Below, piece by piece: positions 26,420 through 35,771 of a stretch of 64,000 nucleotides of DNA. Made by a program: the position numbers and the translations under genes. The stretch is from a virus (lineage: Duplodnaviria; Caudoviricetes). Numbering within the stretch: position 1 is the stretch's first letter; each line of letters begins with the position of its first letter. The notes under the pieces were generated by a model, which was not told the DNA's origin, did no database searches, and saw only the letters and a program-made list of their open reading frames with translations. The stretch lies in the IMG/VR virus record IMGVR_UViG_3300042139_000023. One strand, given 5' to 3'.

Positions 26420-26956
26420 TCATGCCGGGCGATAGACCGGACCGCTCGGGTCGAACACGACAGGAACCTCGAAGCCCTCGGCGTCGTAGACGATCGTGTC
26501 GCCGCCGACGCGGATCACTTCGCTGGACAGCCGCTTCGCCGTCTCGCTTTCGAGGTCGGCGAGGGTCAGGATCGGAGCCGTCGTCTCACTGCTGAGGCGG
26601 CTGAGTTCGGAGGGGCTGAGTCCAGGAGCGTACACCAGCTCAGCCTTGTCGACGTGCTCCCGGCCAGTGCCGGAGGCGTACATGACGAGGCGCAGATGAC
26701 GCATCTCCCGGGCCGCCACACGCCCGTCCCCGCCGCCCAGAATCTGGCCGACCGAGGACCACACCTCATCGTCGGAACGCAGCCCCGGCAGGAGCACGAG
26801 CACCTTCATTCCGCAGATCGCCGCATTCAGCAGCATCTGCGCGCAGAGCACGTCCGGCCTGCCTCCCGAGTCGTTCGACACGAGCGACGTGACGGCGCCC
26901 TCCTTCAGTCCCCAGCCGGGCCGCGCCAGAGCGATGGGCCCTACAGACACAACCAT
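26420..26956 (-). CDS. Degenerate DnaB/RecA-fold-like protein lacking a Walker A lysine
   Basis: GLKEGAVTSLVSNDSGGRPDVLCAQMLLNAAICGMKVLVL parallels the DnaB P-loop region; inference. Confidence 0.5.
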   Translation of the reverse strand: MVVSVGPIALARPGWGLKEGAVTSLVSNDSGGRPDVLCAQMLLNAAICGMKVLVLLPGLRSDDEVWSSVGQILGGGDGRVAAREMRHLRLVMYASGTGREHVDKAELVYAPGLSPSELSRLSSETTAPILTLADLESETAKRLSSEVIRVGGDTIVYDAEGFEVPVVFDPSGPVYRPA

Positions 26957-27016
26957 CTCTTCACCCTTTCCGAGGGGTGAACCAACATCAACTTGGCTCA
27001 CCCACAGCCTACTACA

Positions 27017-27028
27017 TGGCCTGGGCCA
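27017..27028. promoter_or_regulatory. Palindromic operator TGGCC-TG-GGCCA
   Basis: Intergenic, upstream of the gene starting at 26956. Confidence 0.65.
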
Positions 27029-27164
27029 CTTCTACTGGCAAGCCCCTCGAAAGGGGCTTGCCGCCCGTCACCCATGGCTGCCATACTCTACATGCCGCCC
27101 CACGAGGGGCCGGAAGTGGGGCCAGGTCATCCGGTGGACACCGGACGCCTGGCCTTCGCGCTGT

Positions 27165-27611
27165 CTACCGGAGCTTCGCCCGGAACCGGGCGCCTCCGAT
27201 GATCTCCTCGTCGGTCGCCTCGACGACCTGCTTCGTCAGCTCGCGGATCGGGCCGAAGCCGTTGTACGAGAAGTCCTTCGGCACGTTCATCGCCTGCTGC
27301 TTGCCCATCTCCAGCAGGCCGACGACCGACAGCAGCCAGCCATCACAGACGGCGTACTTCGCCGCCTCGATGGTCCAGATGTCGAACCACTCCCGGATCG
27401 CGTCACGGCGTCCGCGCAGGTGGGCCGTCTTCAGCCACTTCCGGTACCTCTCGGCCTTCTCGTCGGCCTCCAGGTACCTTTCGTTGATCCACCTGCGTTC
27501 GGCGATCACGATGTTGACGTCCCGGGGCTCCATCACGAACAGGTCGCCGGGCGGCGCGAGGCGGCCGAGCGGACCGAGGTCGTCGCAGACCAGAAACTCC
27601 CCCGTGATCAC
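27165..27611 (-). CDS. Hypothetical protein
   Basis: GTGA coupling to dnaB. Confidence 0.7.
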   Translation of the reverse strand: MITGEFLVCDDLGPLGRLAPPGDLFVMEPRDVNIVIAERRWINERYLEADEKAERYRKWLKTAHLRGRRDAIREWFDIWTIEAAKYAVCDGWLLSVVGLLEMGKQQAMNVPKDFSYNGFGPIRELTKQVVEATDEEIIGGARFRAKLR

Positions 27612-28969
27612 GACGACATCCCCGCCAGCATGTCGGAGGGGTTGAGGAAGCGGCTGTGGGCGCCGTCGAACAGCATCACCCGTTCGGCCGTCTTGCCCCC
27701 TCGGTTCTTCGCGAGGATCAGGTCCGCATCCTTGCCCCGCGCCGTGTCAGGGTCGATCTTGAACGGCAGGTGAACCAGGACCACCACGTTCGCGTCCTGC
27801 TCGATCTGGCCGGACTGGCGCAGGTCGGTCAGCTTGGGCTTGCCGTCATCGCGACCGGCCGACTCACGGTTGAGCTGAGCCAGCGCGATGATGATCACCC
27901 GGAGCGTACGGGCCAGCCTGCGCAGGCCCTCCGAGACGATCGCCACGTCCACCGTCGGGTTGCCGGTCGGCTTGTCCGGCTTGACGAGCTGGAGGTAGTC
28001 GATGACGAAGACCTTCGCGCCCTTCTCGCGCGCCGACTTGCGCACCTTCAGAGCGATCTCGCCAAGGGTCTGGCCCGGGTCGTCGTCGACCGTCATCGGG
28101 TAGTCCGCCTGGTTGGCGTCGTACTCGATCAGGCGCTCGATCGCCTCAGCGTCCACCCGGCCGTCACGGATGTCCTCGAAGGGGATGCCCGTCTCGGCCG
28201 ACGCGTTGCGCTGGCCCAGCTCCTCCTTCGGCATCTCCAGCGAGAAGATCTCCGTGGCGATGCCCTGGTGCGCGACGTTCCGGGCGACCTGGGCACCCAG
28301 GGTGGTCTTGCCATGGCCGGGGCGCCCGGCGATCACGATGAACTGGCCCAGCCGCATGCCGCCGGTCAGCTCGTCGATGTCGTGCAGCCCCATCGGGATG
28401 CCCTTTTCCATCGTGCGCCCGTGCAGGATGTGGCCCAGCGCCGCCTCCGAGACCTGCGACGCGGAGAAGGTGGTCTCCACCTTCGTGGAGGCGTCGATGA
28501 CCTCCGACACCACCACCGAGACCTCCCCGGCGATCTCCCCGTAGGAGCCGCCACCCGCCTGCACCCGGCCCGAGGACTCCACCAGCACCTTGTGCAGCAG
28601 GCGCCGCCGGTACAGGTCGAGCAGGGTCCGGGCGCCTCCGTGCGAGGCCGCCAGGTTCCCGGCCTTCGCGGGCAGGCTGTGCACGTGGTCGAACAGCTCG
28701 GCGGTCAGCTCACCTTCCTGCCGCAGCGCCCCGACGACAGCCACCGGGTGAGTGTTGCCGCCGTCGATGAAGCAGGACAGGAACGCCTCGTAGACCTTGC
28801 GGTTCAGCGGGTCGTGGAACACCTCCGGCCCGGCGTCCCGCAGGATCTCGGTGACCTCGTCACGGCAGTCGAGCGGGTGGCCGTCGGAGACGAGCAGTTC
28901 CCCTAGAACCGCCGTCTCCGCGTGCGGGTCGACCATCGTGCCGCCCGCAATGGCGCGTACTTCACCCAC
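27608..28969 (-). CDS. dnaB: Replicative DNA helicase
   Basis: AGRPGHGKTT Walker A, FSLEM, VIDYLQLV, LAQLNRE, DLRQSGQIEQDA, AKNRGG. Confidence 0.95.
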   Translation of the reverse strand: MGEVRAIAGGTMVDPHAETAVLGELLVSDGHPLDCRDEVTEILRDAGPEVFHDPLNRKVYEAFLSCFIDGGNTHPVAVVGALRQEGELTAELFDHVHSLPAKAGNLAASHGGARTLLDLYRRRLLHKVLVESSGRVQAGGGSYGEIAGEVSVVVSEVIDASTKVETTFSASQVSEAALGHILHGRTMEKGIPMGLHDIDELTGGMRLGQFIVIAGRPGHGKTTLGAQVARNVAHQGIATEIFSLEMPKEELGQRNASAETGIPFEDIRDGRVDAEAIERLIEYDANQADYPMTVDDDPGQTLGEIALKVRKSAREKGAKVFVIDYLQLVKPDKPTGNPTVDVAIVSEGLRRLARTLRVIIIALAQLNRESAGRDDGKPKLTDLRQSGQIEQDANVVVLVHLPFKIDPDTARGKDADLILAKNRGGKTAERVMLFDGAHSRFLNPSDMLAGMSS

Positions 28970-28992
28970 GTTTGTTCTCCTTATCCGTTTCT

Positions 28993-29937
28993 TCAGCTCT
29001 TCAGCAGGTTGGCCCGCTCACGCTGGGCCTGGTACTCGCGCAGCCTTGCGTCGATCTTCTCCTGCTCCTCGGGGCTGATCTCCAGGCCGGGCCGCTGGTG
29101 GAACTGCTTCGGCGGCACGTACCGGTTGAGCTGTTCGTCCTCCTTCGGCGCCTCGGGCATCGCGATGCGCGCCTTCGGGGGCTTGCCCAGGTCTCCGGCC
29201 TTGCTGATCAGCAGCCGTTCCGGAGCGTTGACCCGGGGGTTCAGCTCGGCCGCCATCCGCAGCGCCAGCTCGCGCGGGTTCCATCCGGCCTCCAGCGCCG
29301 GGCGCACCGCAGCGGCGACCCGCTCACAGGCGGCCGACATCAGCCGCAGCCGGGGCTCGATGTTCCGCGCGGTGATCTCTTCCAGCTCGACAGCGAACTC
29401 GGCCTCGGCCCCGCTCGGCACGGGGGCCTGAAGGCCCGACATGTCGAACTCGGGCTCCGGCTCCTCGGTCTCCTCGTCCATGAGGACGATCGCCTGAGCC
29501 TGCGCCTCCTGCTGGCGGGCACCCTTGCGGGGCCTGCGGTTCAGCGGCACCGTCACGAAGACCACGCTGCGGCTCTTTTTCTTGCTGATCGCGGCGGCCT
29601 CGGCCATCACGCTCTTGGGGCCCGCGTACTCCTCCGGCGGCACCACGACGAACTCGAAGTCGGCACCCTCGCCCGACTGCGGGTTGTTCAGCCTGCGCAG
29701 GATCCCCTTCTTGGCCAGGGACTGCATCGCCTTGTGCGCGGTGCTCACCGAGACGAGGCCACCCGAGATCTCGTTGACCCAGGCTGCGGTCGCGCGGAAG
29801 CCGGTCTCGGGCACGCCGCCGTGCGTGTGCTTGAGGTTGCCCTTGATGATCGAGTAGATCCGGTACTCGGTGGACGTCACGTCCGGGTGCAGCAGCACCC
29901 AGTCGTCGACCACGGTGAAGTGCCTTGAATCCGACAT
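28993..29937 (-). CDS. Replication initiator-like protein (N-terminal wHTH)
   Basis: HFTVVDDWVLLHPDVTSTEYRIYSII...SVSTAHKAMQSLAKKGIL; directly upstream of dnaB. Confidence 0.7.
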   Translation of the reverse strand: MSDSRHFTVVDDWVLLHPDVTSTEYRIYSIIKGNLKHTHGGVPETGFRATAAWVNEISGGLVSVSTAHKAMQSLAKKGILRRLNNPQSGEGADFEFVVVPPEEYAGPKSVMAEAAAISKKKSRSVVFVTVPLNRRPRKGARQQEAQAQAIVLMDEETEEPEPEFDMSGLQAPVPSGAEAEFAVELEEITARNIEPRLRLMSAACERVAAAVRPALEAGWNPRELALRMAAELNPRVNAPERLLISKAGDLGKPPKARIAMPEAPKEDEQLNRYVPPKQFHQRPGLEISPEEQEKIDARLREYQAQRERANLLKS

Positions 29938-29975
29938 GGCTTCCGCTGTAACCTTTCAGTCAGTTTGCTTGATCG

Positions 29976-29999
29976 AGGCCCCAGTTCACGCTGGGGCCT
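29976..29999 (-). terminator. Hairpin
   Basis: AGGCCCCAG-N6-CTGGGGCCT. Confidence 0.55.
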
Positions 30000-30008
30000 T
30001 CTCCTTTC

Positions 30009-30404
30009 TCAGGAGAAGGCTGCCACCAGCTTGCCGTTCGGGCGCCGGTAAGCGTCCAGCTCGTCGCGGATGTCGGGCGGGTACGCCTCCATCTGGAGCC
30101 GGACCTTGCCGCTGCGGTAGACCGCGACCTTCGTGATCGCCTCGATCTCCAGCAGGAACTGCATCGGCTTCTTCCACTCGCCGTTCTCACCGAACAGCGC
30201 TTCCGCCCAGTCCTTCGAGATGGTGACGCGCATCCTGTCGGAGTCCTCCATCGTCGCGGCGGAGGCGATCCGCGCGTACAGGCCCAGGGCCTCGAACTCC
30301 TCGCTGAGCTTCGCCACCACCCAGATGGGGAACGGCGCCGTCTGGGCGTACTGCCCGAACTCGTTCATCAGGGTCGCGTCGATGACGCTGGCCTCGTGTC
30401 CCAT
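30009..30404 (-). CDS. Rep-type wHTH-like hypothetical protein
   Basis: APFPIWVVAKL...ALGLYARI; AAGGAG RBS. Confidence 0.6.
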   Translation of the reverse strand: MGHEASVIDATLMNEFGQYAQTAPFPIWVVAKLSEEFEALGLYARIASAATMEDSDRMRVTISKDWAEALFGENGEWKKPMQFLLEIEAITKVAVYRSGKVRLQMEAYPPDIRDELDAYRRPNGKLVAAFS

Positions 30405-30482
30405 GCCGGTCACTCCTTTCCGTAGTTGCGACTCTAGCAGAACGATCTCGGCAGTGCAGCTAGAAGTCGCCCCCTTGTCCAC

Positions 30483-31110
30483 CAGAAGGTACTCCCTCTA
30501 TCCGCGTATGAGAAGGGTGCGACAGGGAGACCGGGGTCACATCGTTGACATGTTCATGCTCATCGAGATGTCCAACTTCACCCCGGAATACCCTTGACCT
30601 CTCGTTGCCAAAGTAGGCCATATGGTTGACCATATGAGGTCAACGTCCCTGGCAGAAAATGACAGAGTCGGTAGCCCACCTGACCTGGGGAAACGTCGAT
30701 TTTCCACCCCCTATAGAAGTATCTAGAAGTCCTCCTCTTCAGGCTTGGCTCCAGCCATGCCAGGCACATGCCGGAGTGGGTTCCCCACCCACCGGCCCGC
30801 ACCTGACCTGTCTTCCGCCAAGCCTTCATCGTCGTCCTCAGCGCGTCGGCGCTCCGCGCCGCCGGAGGACGGATGGACTCGCTTCGCTCGAAAGACCTCG
30901 GGGCTTCTGTGGTCTGCCGGGTGCGGGGCGTCGGCCGGGGTCGCGCTTCGGGTGCGGCGGGAAGGTGGCTGGGCGCCCGGCTGCGGGCCCGCACGGGGTT
31001 CGGCGCCCCTCGGGTGGTCGGCGGGCGCCGTCGGCCGCCTGCGGGTCGCAGGAGCCTGGGGAGGTACGTGAGAAGTAGGGTGGCCGGGTTTCCCTACCTG
31101 GAGGTGGATC
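30483..31110. other. Divergent intergenic control region, candidate replication origin
   Basis: No convincing CDS; palindrome CATATGG-TTGA-CCATATG (30619-30636); TAGAAGT at 30461, 30714 and 30724; several TTGAC boxes. Confidence 0.4.
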
Positions 31111-31386
31111 ATGGCGATCCCGAGTGGCGCCTACGCCGTCACGTACAAGCTGTGGCTGTTCGCCGACACGGACCCCGAGAACCCGGTGGACACCGGCATC
31201 GAGCAGACCTTCCCGTTCACGAACGGGTTCGGCGCGACGGTGACGGAGAACGAGGACGCGGCGGCCGAGGCGGCGATGGGTGCCTGGAAGGCAGCGATGG
31301 AGGCGGCGTACCCCGGCGTGACGGTGAATGCCCGCCGCGAGTACCTGATCCGGTCGGAGCCCGACACCTGGCCCTGGTCTTCCTGA
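31111..31386 (+). CDS. Hypothetical protein
   Basis: GGAGGTGG RBS. Confidence 0.7.
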   Translation: MAIPSGAYAVTYKLWLFADTDPENPVDTGIEQTFPFTNGFGATVTENEDAAAEAAMGAWKAAMEAAYPGVTVNARREYLIRSEPDTWPWSS

Positions 31387-31388
31387 AC

Positions 31389-31400
31389 CGGCCCAGGCCA
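31389..31400. promoter_or_regulatory. Operator CGGCC-CA-GGCCA
   Basis: Intergenic; TATCCT -10-like box 14 nt downstream. Confidence 0.55.
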
Positions 31401-31458
31401 TCAAGGTTCGCTGATATCCTCTCCGTTGGGGAATCACCCCATCGGAGAGGAGCAGGGG

Positions 31459-31833
31459 ATGGCGAGGATGGACGCGGCGGACCGCAAGGCGAACACGGTG
31501 AAAGATCTGCTGTACAGCGAGGGGATCCGCAACAACGAGTACGTCCACCTGGACGTGTATCCCTCGGCGGACCGCGAGAAGGTCATGGTCACCGTGCACC
31601 GGCACCACTACGACTGCGAGGGCTGCCGCAGCAAGACGCTCGGGGCGAAGATCCTGGAGGGGCTGAAGCACGGCATCCCGCCGGTCTGCCCGCAGTGCCG
31701 GATCCACAACGAGTCGATGGAGTTCGAGCAGCGGGCGCTCCTCAAGCGGATCACCGCTGCGCTGCGCCGGGAGTTCACCGTCACCGACGAGTACGCCGGT
31801 TCGGTGCTCGCCTCCGTGGACATCGCCGTCTGA
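31459..31833 (+). CDS. Hypothetical protein with CxxC...CxxC
   Basis: CEGC and CPQC; GAGGAG RBS. Confidence 0.7.
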   Translation: MARMDAADRKANTVKDLLYSEGIRNNEYVHLDVYPSADREKVMVTVHRHHYDCEGCRSKTLGAKILEGLKHGIPPVCPQCRIHNESMEFEQRALLKRITAALRREFTVTDEYAGSVLASVDIAV

Positions 31834-31989
31834 TGGCGGCCGACGGGTCGGCGAGCCTGCGGGCGGACCAGAAGAGGGCCGAAGACCTGGGCATCCGCCT
31901 CGCCCCGTGAACTTGTTGCGATGGCAGCCAAGTTCACGATAGGCTCCTCATAGGAGGTGGGCGCGGCCCACCAGTGGGAGGGAGAGACC

Positions 31990-32310
31990 ATGGTCATCCT
32001 GGTGTCGCCGGACTCGCGTGGTCGGGTCAACCTGAACCGGGTGATTCAGGACAAGCAGTACGCGGTGACGGTCAGCGAGGACGGCGTGATCACGCTGACG
32101 CCCTCGGTCGTGATCAGTGAGCGCGAGCTGCTGGACCTGACCGCCGTGCGGCCGGTGCTCTCGCCGGAGGAGGCGTTCGGCCAGCGCGGCGCCGTCGAGG
32201 CGGCGCAGGCCGTGCAGGACAACCGCAAGGCCCGCAGTGCGGGTGACTGGGGGCGCCGGATCTCCACCTCGGCGGACCTGAGTGCGCTCATCTGGGGGGA
32301 CGCGGCATGA
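31990..32310 (+). CDS. AbrB/MazE-type putative antitoxin
   Basis: VSPDSRGRVNL...YAVTVSEDGVITLTP; ATGA-coupled to a RelE-like gene. Confidence 0.7.
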   Translation: MVILVSPDSRGRVNLNRVIQDKQYAVTVSEDGVITLTPSVVISERELLDLTAVRPVLSPEEAFGQRGAVEAAQAVQDNRKARSAGDWGRRISTSADLSALIWGDAA

Positions 32311-32612
32311 AGTTCACGCTGGAGATCACCCCGGCCGCCGAGAAGGGGATCAAGAAGATCCGCAAGTCCGGCGACCGGGGGAAGTTGAAGCAGGTCCAGT
32401 CCGCGCTGGAGAAGCTGGCCGACAATCCGGCCCACCCCGGCCTGAACACACATCGCATGAAGCCGGAGCCCCGCTTCAGCAACCGCGACGACCTGTGGAT
32501 CTCGTACATCCGCATCGGCCCCGGTGGCGAGCGCATTCTGTGGGCCTACGGCGATCAGGGCGACGAGGTCAAGGTCATCGAGGTCGAGTACATCGGCCGC
32601 CACATCGACTGA
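32307..32612 (+). CDS. RelE/ParE-family toxin
   Basis: LEITPAAEKGIKKI...ALEKLADNPAHPGLNTH...RILWAY...IEVEYIGRH. Confidence 0.75.
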   Translation: MKFTLEITPAAEKGIKKIRKSGDRGKLKQVQSALEKLADNPAHPGLNTHRMKPEPRFSNRDDLWISYIRIGPGGERILWAYGDQGDEVKVIEVEYIGRHID

Positions 32613-32719
32613 CCGGACGCTGTGCAAGTTCTGTGAAGGGCCTCACACTTTGCAAGTTTTCCTCACTGATTCCGTCTGAAGAACGACGTACCTGATGACG
32701 GAACAAGAGAGGAGAAGTC

Positions 32720-33058
32720 ATGAGGTCCCTGAAGTCCCAGGTTCTGGGCTTTCTGAACTCGGGCGGCTACCGGTCGGCCAAGAGTGCGCAGGATGTGGTG
32801 CTGGTGAGGAGCCGGTCCTACCGGTGGTCCAGCGGAGAGATCGACCGGAACCGGATCATGCTCGGGAGTTTTTCGGGCTTCGAGATCGAAGAGATTCCCG
32901 AAGGTGTCCTGGTCCGGTTCGCCGGTCCGGGGCGTGAGGAAACCCGATCGCTCGACGGATACGCACGAGTGCTCGGCAATTGCGGTTTCCAGGTCGAACG
33001 AGGTCCGGATCCGCAGCATGCAGGACGTGAGGTCATCAGGGTGTTCTCGAAGCCCTGA
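32720..33058 (+). CDS. Hypothetical protein (paralog of 37665..38015)
   Basis: GAGGAG RBS; shared LVR(F/Y)xG...NC(G/S)FxV...DP...GR motif. Confidence 0.7.
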   Translation: MRSLKSQVLGFLNSGGYRSAKSAQDVVLVRSRSYRWSSGEIDRNRIMLGSFSGFEIEEIPEGVLVRFAGPGREETRSLDGYARVLGNCGFQVERGPDPQHAGREVIRVFSKP

Positions 33059-33062
33059 ATCC

Positions 33063-33083
33063 TCAACTTCCCTGTGGTAGAGT
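33063..33083 (+). promoter_or_regulatory. Promoter TCAAC-N5-TGTGG-TAGAGT
   Basis: Same architecture at 35309 and 37041. Confidence 0.55.
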
Positions 33084-33192
33084 AGTTTTCAGGAGAGAGG
33101 GAGAAGCCCCGGGGGCGCCCGCGCTCCGGCTAAGAACAACGGCACCCCGGGGCTTTCAGCCCACCTCACATCGGAATCGGACGGAGAAGAGC

Positions 33193-33924
33193 TTGACCAC
33201 GCTCAGCATCGACAACATGCCCGAGGTCGTTCACGAGCCGTACGCCTTCCTGCTGGACAAGACGGGCGTCGAGCCCATCGTCGAGCGCAACGGCTACGGC
33301 AAGATCCTGCTCACCCACCTGGGTGAGCGGACGAAGATGACGATCAAGTTCCGCCTCGACGGCCGGAAGTGGCGCTGGGAGAAGTCCCACCTCTTCATCG
33401 ACGGCGAGCAGCAGCCGCTGGCCAGCGGCTGGGAGATGTACGTCGCCATCTTCAAGGACCCCGACAACGGCCGCCGCGACTTCGTTCCGGAGGGCGCTCG
33501 CAAGGCGCAGATCCCGGAGTCGAAGGAGGTCGACGAGCAGTACCTGCCGAAGGCCGTCGCCGACGAGCTGATCAGCCTGCGGAAGATGGTCCGCAAGGCG
33601 GAGACCACGGCCACGGCGACGATCGTCTCCAGTGCGAACCAGTACCTGATCACGCTGGTCGACGGCGAGACGGGCCAGAGCTTCATCTTCACCTTCGGGT
33701 TCGAGAGCGGCGCCTGGCAGGTCGTCGACATGCTGCTGGTCAACGCCAAGGGCTACGACGTCACCCGGTACGTCGGCGAGCACCAGATCGAGCAGTTCCT
33801 GCACGAGATCATGGGCATCGCGGGCCGCGCCTCCCAGGTCACCTACAACCCGGGCGGCTCCGCCCAGCAGGCGGCGACCACGAACTCGGTCAACGTTCGC
33901 AAGTCCACCGTCTTCCGGATCTGA
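33193..33924 (+). CDS. Hypothetical protein
   Basis: GGAG RBS, TTG start, strong codon bias. Confidence 0.75.
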   Translation: MTTLSIDNMPEVVHEPYAFLLDKTGVEPIVERNGYGKILLTHLGERTKMTIKFRLDGRKWRWEKSHLFIDGEQQPLASGWEMYVAIFKDPDNGRRDFVPEGARKAQIPESKEVDEQYLPKAVADELISLRKMVRKAETTATATIVSSANQYLITLVDGETGQSFIFTFGFESGAWQVVDMLLVNAKGYDVTRYVGEHQIEQFLHEIMGIAGRASQVTYNPGGSAQQAATTNSVNVRKSTVFRI

Positions 33925-33932
33925 GGAGAGCA

Positions 33933-34142
33933 GTGCGCCGCACGGACGAGCCGGACCGGGGCGACATCGCCCGCGCCTACCTGGCCAACGCACGCGAGTG
34001 CGCCGACCTGGTGAACACGGTCGAGATGCCCCGGATCGGGCAGAGCGACGCGGAGAGGGTCCGCGACATCGCCATCATGAACGCCCTGCTGGCCATCGCG
34101 GTGATGCAGGTTCCGGACGAGCCCGGCATGCGGCTCGCCTGA
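33933..34142 (+). CDS. Hypothetical protein
   Basis: GAGGAG RBS, GTG start. Confidence 0.6.
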   Translation: MRRTDEPDRGDIARAYLANARECADLVNTVEMPRIGQSDAERVRDIAIMNALLAIAVMQVPDEPGMRLA

Positions 34143-34159
34143 CGGAGGGGAAGAAGATC

Positions 34160-34423
34160 GTGGCGAAGAACGCCGCACTGGGTGACAACCGGTCCGAGCC
34201 GACGGAGCTGACCCGGGCCGTGGGCCTGCGGGTCCGCGCCTTGCGCGAGAAGGCCGGGATGACGCAGATCGAGCTGGCCGACGCGGTCGGATACCGCGAC
34301 AGTTCCTCGATCACGTTCATCGAGCAGGGCCGCAACAACATGAAGCCCGACGTGATGGTGCTGGTGTGCACCGCGCTGGGCACGTCGCCGAACGACCTGT
34401 TCGGCTGGGAGGAGAAGAAGTGA
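34160..34423 (+). CDS. XRE-family HTH regulator
   Basis: LRVRALREKAGMTQIELADAVGYRDSSSITFIEQGR...ALGTSPNDLFG. Confidence 0.88.
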   Translation: MAKNAALGDNRSEPTELTRAVGLRVRALREKAGMTQIELADAVGYRDSSSITFIEQGRNNMKPDVMVLVCTALGTSPNDLFGWEEKK

Positions 34424-34872
34424 AGCGAGACGAGGACGCCCCGCGCCCGAAGACGGGCATCAGCCTGCTGGTCATCCGGCAGTTCGAGGGTCGGCTGCAT
34501 GTGCTGCTCGGCCAGCGGCGCGGATCCCACGGTGAGGGCGAGTGGGGGACGCCGGGCGGCCACCAGGAGTTCGGTGAGACCTTCGAGGAGGGCGGCCTGA
34601 GCGAGCTGGAGGAGGAGTGCGGTGACGAGATCAACGTCACCCGCCCCCGGTTCCTCTGCGTCACGAACCTGCGCGAGTACCTGGACGAGGGCAAGCACTA
34701 CACCGACATCGGCATGGTGTCGCACTGGGTCTCCGGCGACCCGAAGCTGATGGAGCCGGAGAAGTGCCTGGGCTGGACCTGGCACCCGATCGACCGTCTG
34801 CCGACGCCGCTGTTCGCGCCGGTCGAGAACCTGGTCATCGCGTACCACACCGGCCAGCCGTACTTCGGCTGA
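34420..34872 (+). CDS. NUDIX hydrolase (NUDT15-like)
   Basis: VLLGQRRGSHGEGEWGTPGGHQEFGETFEEGGLSELEEECG; EPEKCLGWTW. Confidence 0.88.
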   Translation: MKRDEDAPRPKTGISLLVIRQFEGRLHVLLGQRRGSHGEGEWGTPGGHQEFGETFEEGGLSELEEECGDEINVTRPRFLCVTNLREYLDEGKHYTDIGMVSHWVSGDPKLMEPEKCLGWTWHPIDRLPTPLFAPVENLVIAYHTGQPYFG

Positions 34873-35201
34873 TGACCGACGACGTTCTCGCCCGGGTCCG
34901 TGCCGCACGGACCCGGGCCTGGGAGACGGGCATCGAGCTGGACCGTGTCTGGCGGATCGCCCAGGTCGATCCCAGCTTCGCGAAGAAGCTGGAGGATCAG
35001 GACGCCGTGGTGGAGCAGGCGATGGACGAACTTCGTGACGCGCTCACCCTGGGCGGCGTGGCGCCCCGGCCGACGCGGGACGAAGCCGTTGTCGACCTCA
35101 TGAAGTGGGGTGTCGACGAGGGGCTGATGAGTACGAGTCAGTACGACGCGTGGCTGGCCAACCCTTTGGAGCCGCAGGGCGGCGACCCGTACCGGCAGTG
35201 A
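34872..35201 (+). CDS. Hypothetical protein, possible member of tandem paralog family
   Basis: TGATG coupling; LMKWGVDEGLMSTSQY motif. Confidence 0.65.
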   Translation: MTDDVLARVRAARTRAWETGIELDRVWRIAQVDPSFAKKLEDQDAVVEQAMDELRDALTLGGVAPRPTRDEAVVDLMKWGVDEGLMSTSQYDAWLANPLEPQGGDPYRQ

Positions 35202-35206
35202 ACAAC

Positions 35207-35239
35207 CACAGCGCCCCGCCGGGAAGGCGGGGCGCTGTG
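35207..35239 (+). terminator. Hairpin terminator
   Basis: CACAGCGCCCCGCC / GGCGGGGCGCTGTG. Confidence 0.7.
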
Positions 35240-35296
35240 CTGTGTGCTGACTTGCTTTACAGAATCCAGGATCTGATTCCAACTCGCTTTCCGTTT

Positions 35297-35329
35297 TGGC
35301 TTAGGCCATCAACTCCACTGTGATAGCTT
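35297..35329 (+). promoter_or_regulatory. Operator TGGCT-TA-GGCCA over the -35 of a TCAAC-N5-TGTGA-TAGCTT promoter
   Basis: Read directly; precedes the paralog array. Confidence 0.6.
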
Positions 35330-35369
35330 TAAGTTGCATCTGAAATGCAAATTCGGTGAGGAGTGGAAA

Positions 35370-35771
35370 ATGCACAGTGATGTGCAGAAGGTGGTCACGG
35401 CTGCTCTGGACCAGGGGGTGAGTGCGTACCTGGACGCCTGCAAGGCGTACGAAGCGGTAACGCAGAACCCCAGCGACGAGAACAGCCGAGTGGACGCCGA
35501 GGCCCGCGAGCGCAAGGCGGGCAACAACGAGATGCTGGGCGCCCTGCTCGACGCCGCCGGATACGACGTCCGCATGGTGGGTCCCGCCCTCGATGAGGCG
35601 ACGGGCGAGAGCCTGGGGAAGACCTTCATCGCCTGGCCGAAGACCGAACGCGAGGTCATCAAGCACGGCTACGCGACCGGCCGCATCGACCGCGAGCACA
35701 TGCTGTCCTGGTTCGAGCGCCACCAGGAGAGCGGCTGGCTGCGCTACGACAAGCAGGAGGTCCCGGCATGA
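35370..35771 (+). CDS. Tandem paralog family member
   Basis: AGNNEMLGALLDAAG and VIKHGYATGRID motifs. Confidence 0.7.
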   Translation: MHSDVQKVVTAALDQGVSAYLDACKAYEAVTQNPSDENSRVDAEARERKAGNNEMLGALLDAAGYDVRMVGPALDEATGESLGKTFIAWPKTEREVIKHGYATGRIDREHMLSWFERHQESGWLRYDKQEVPA

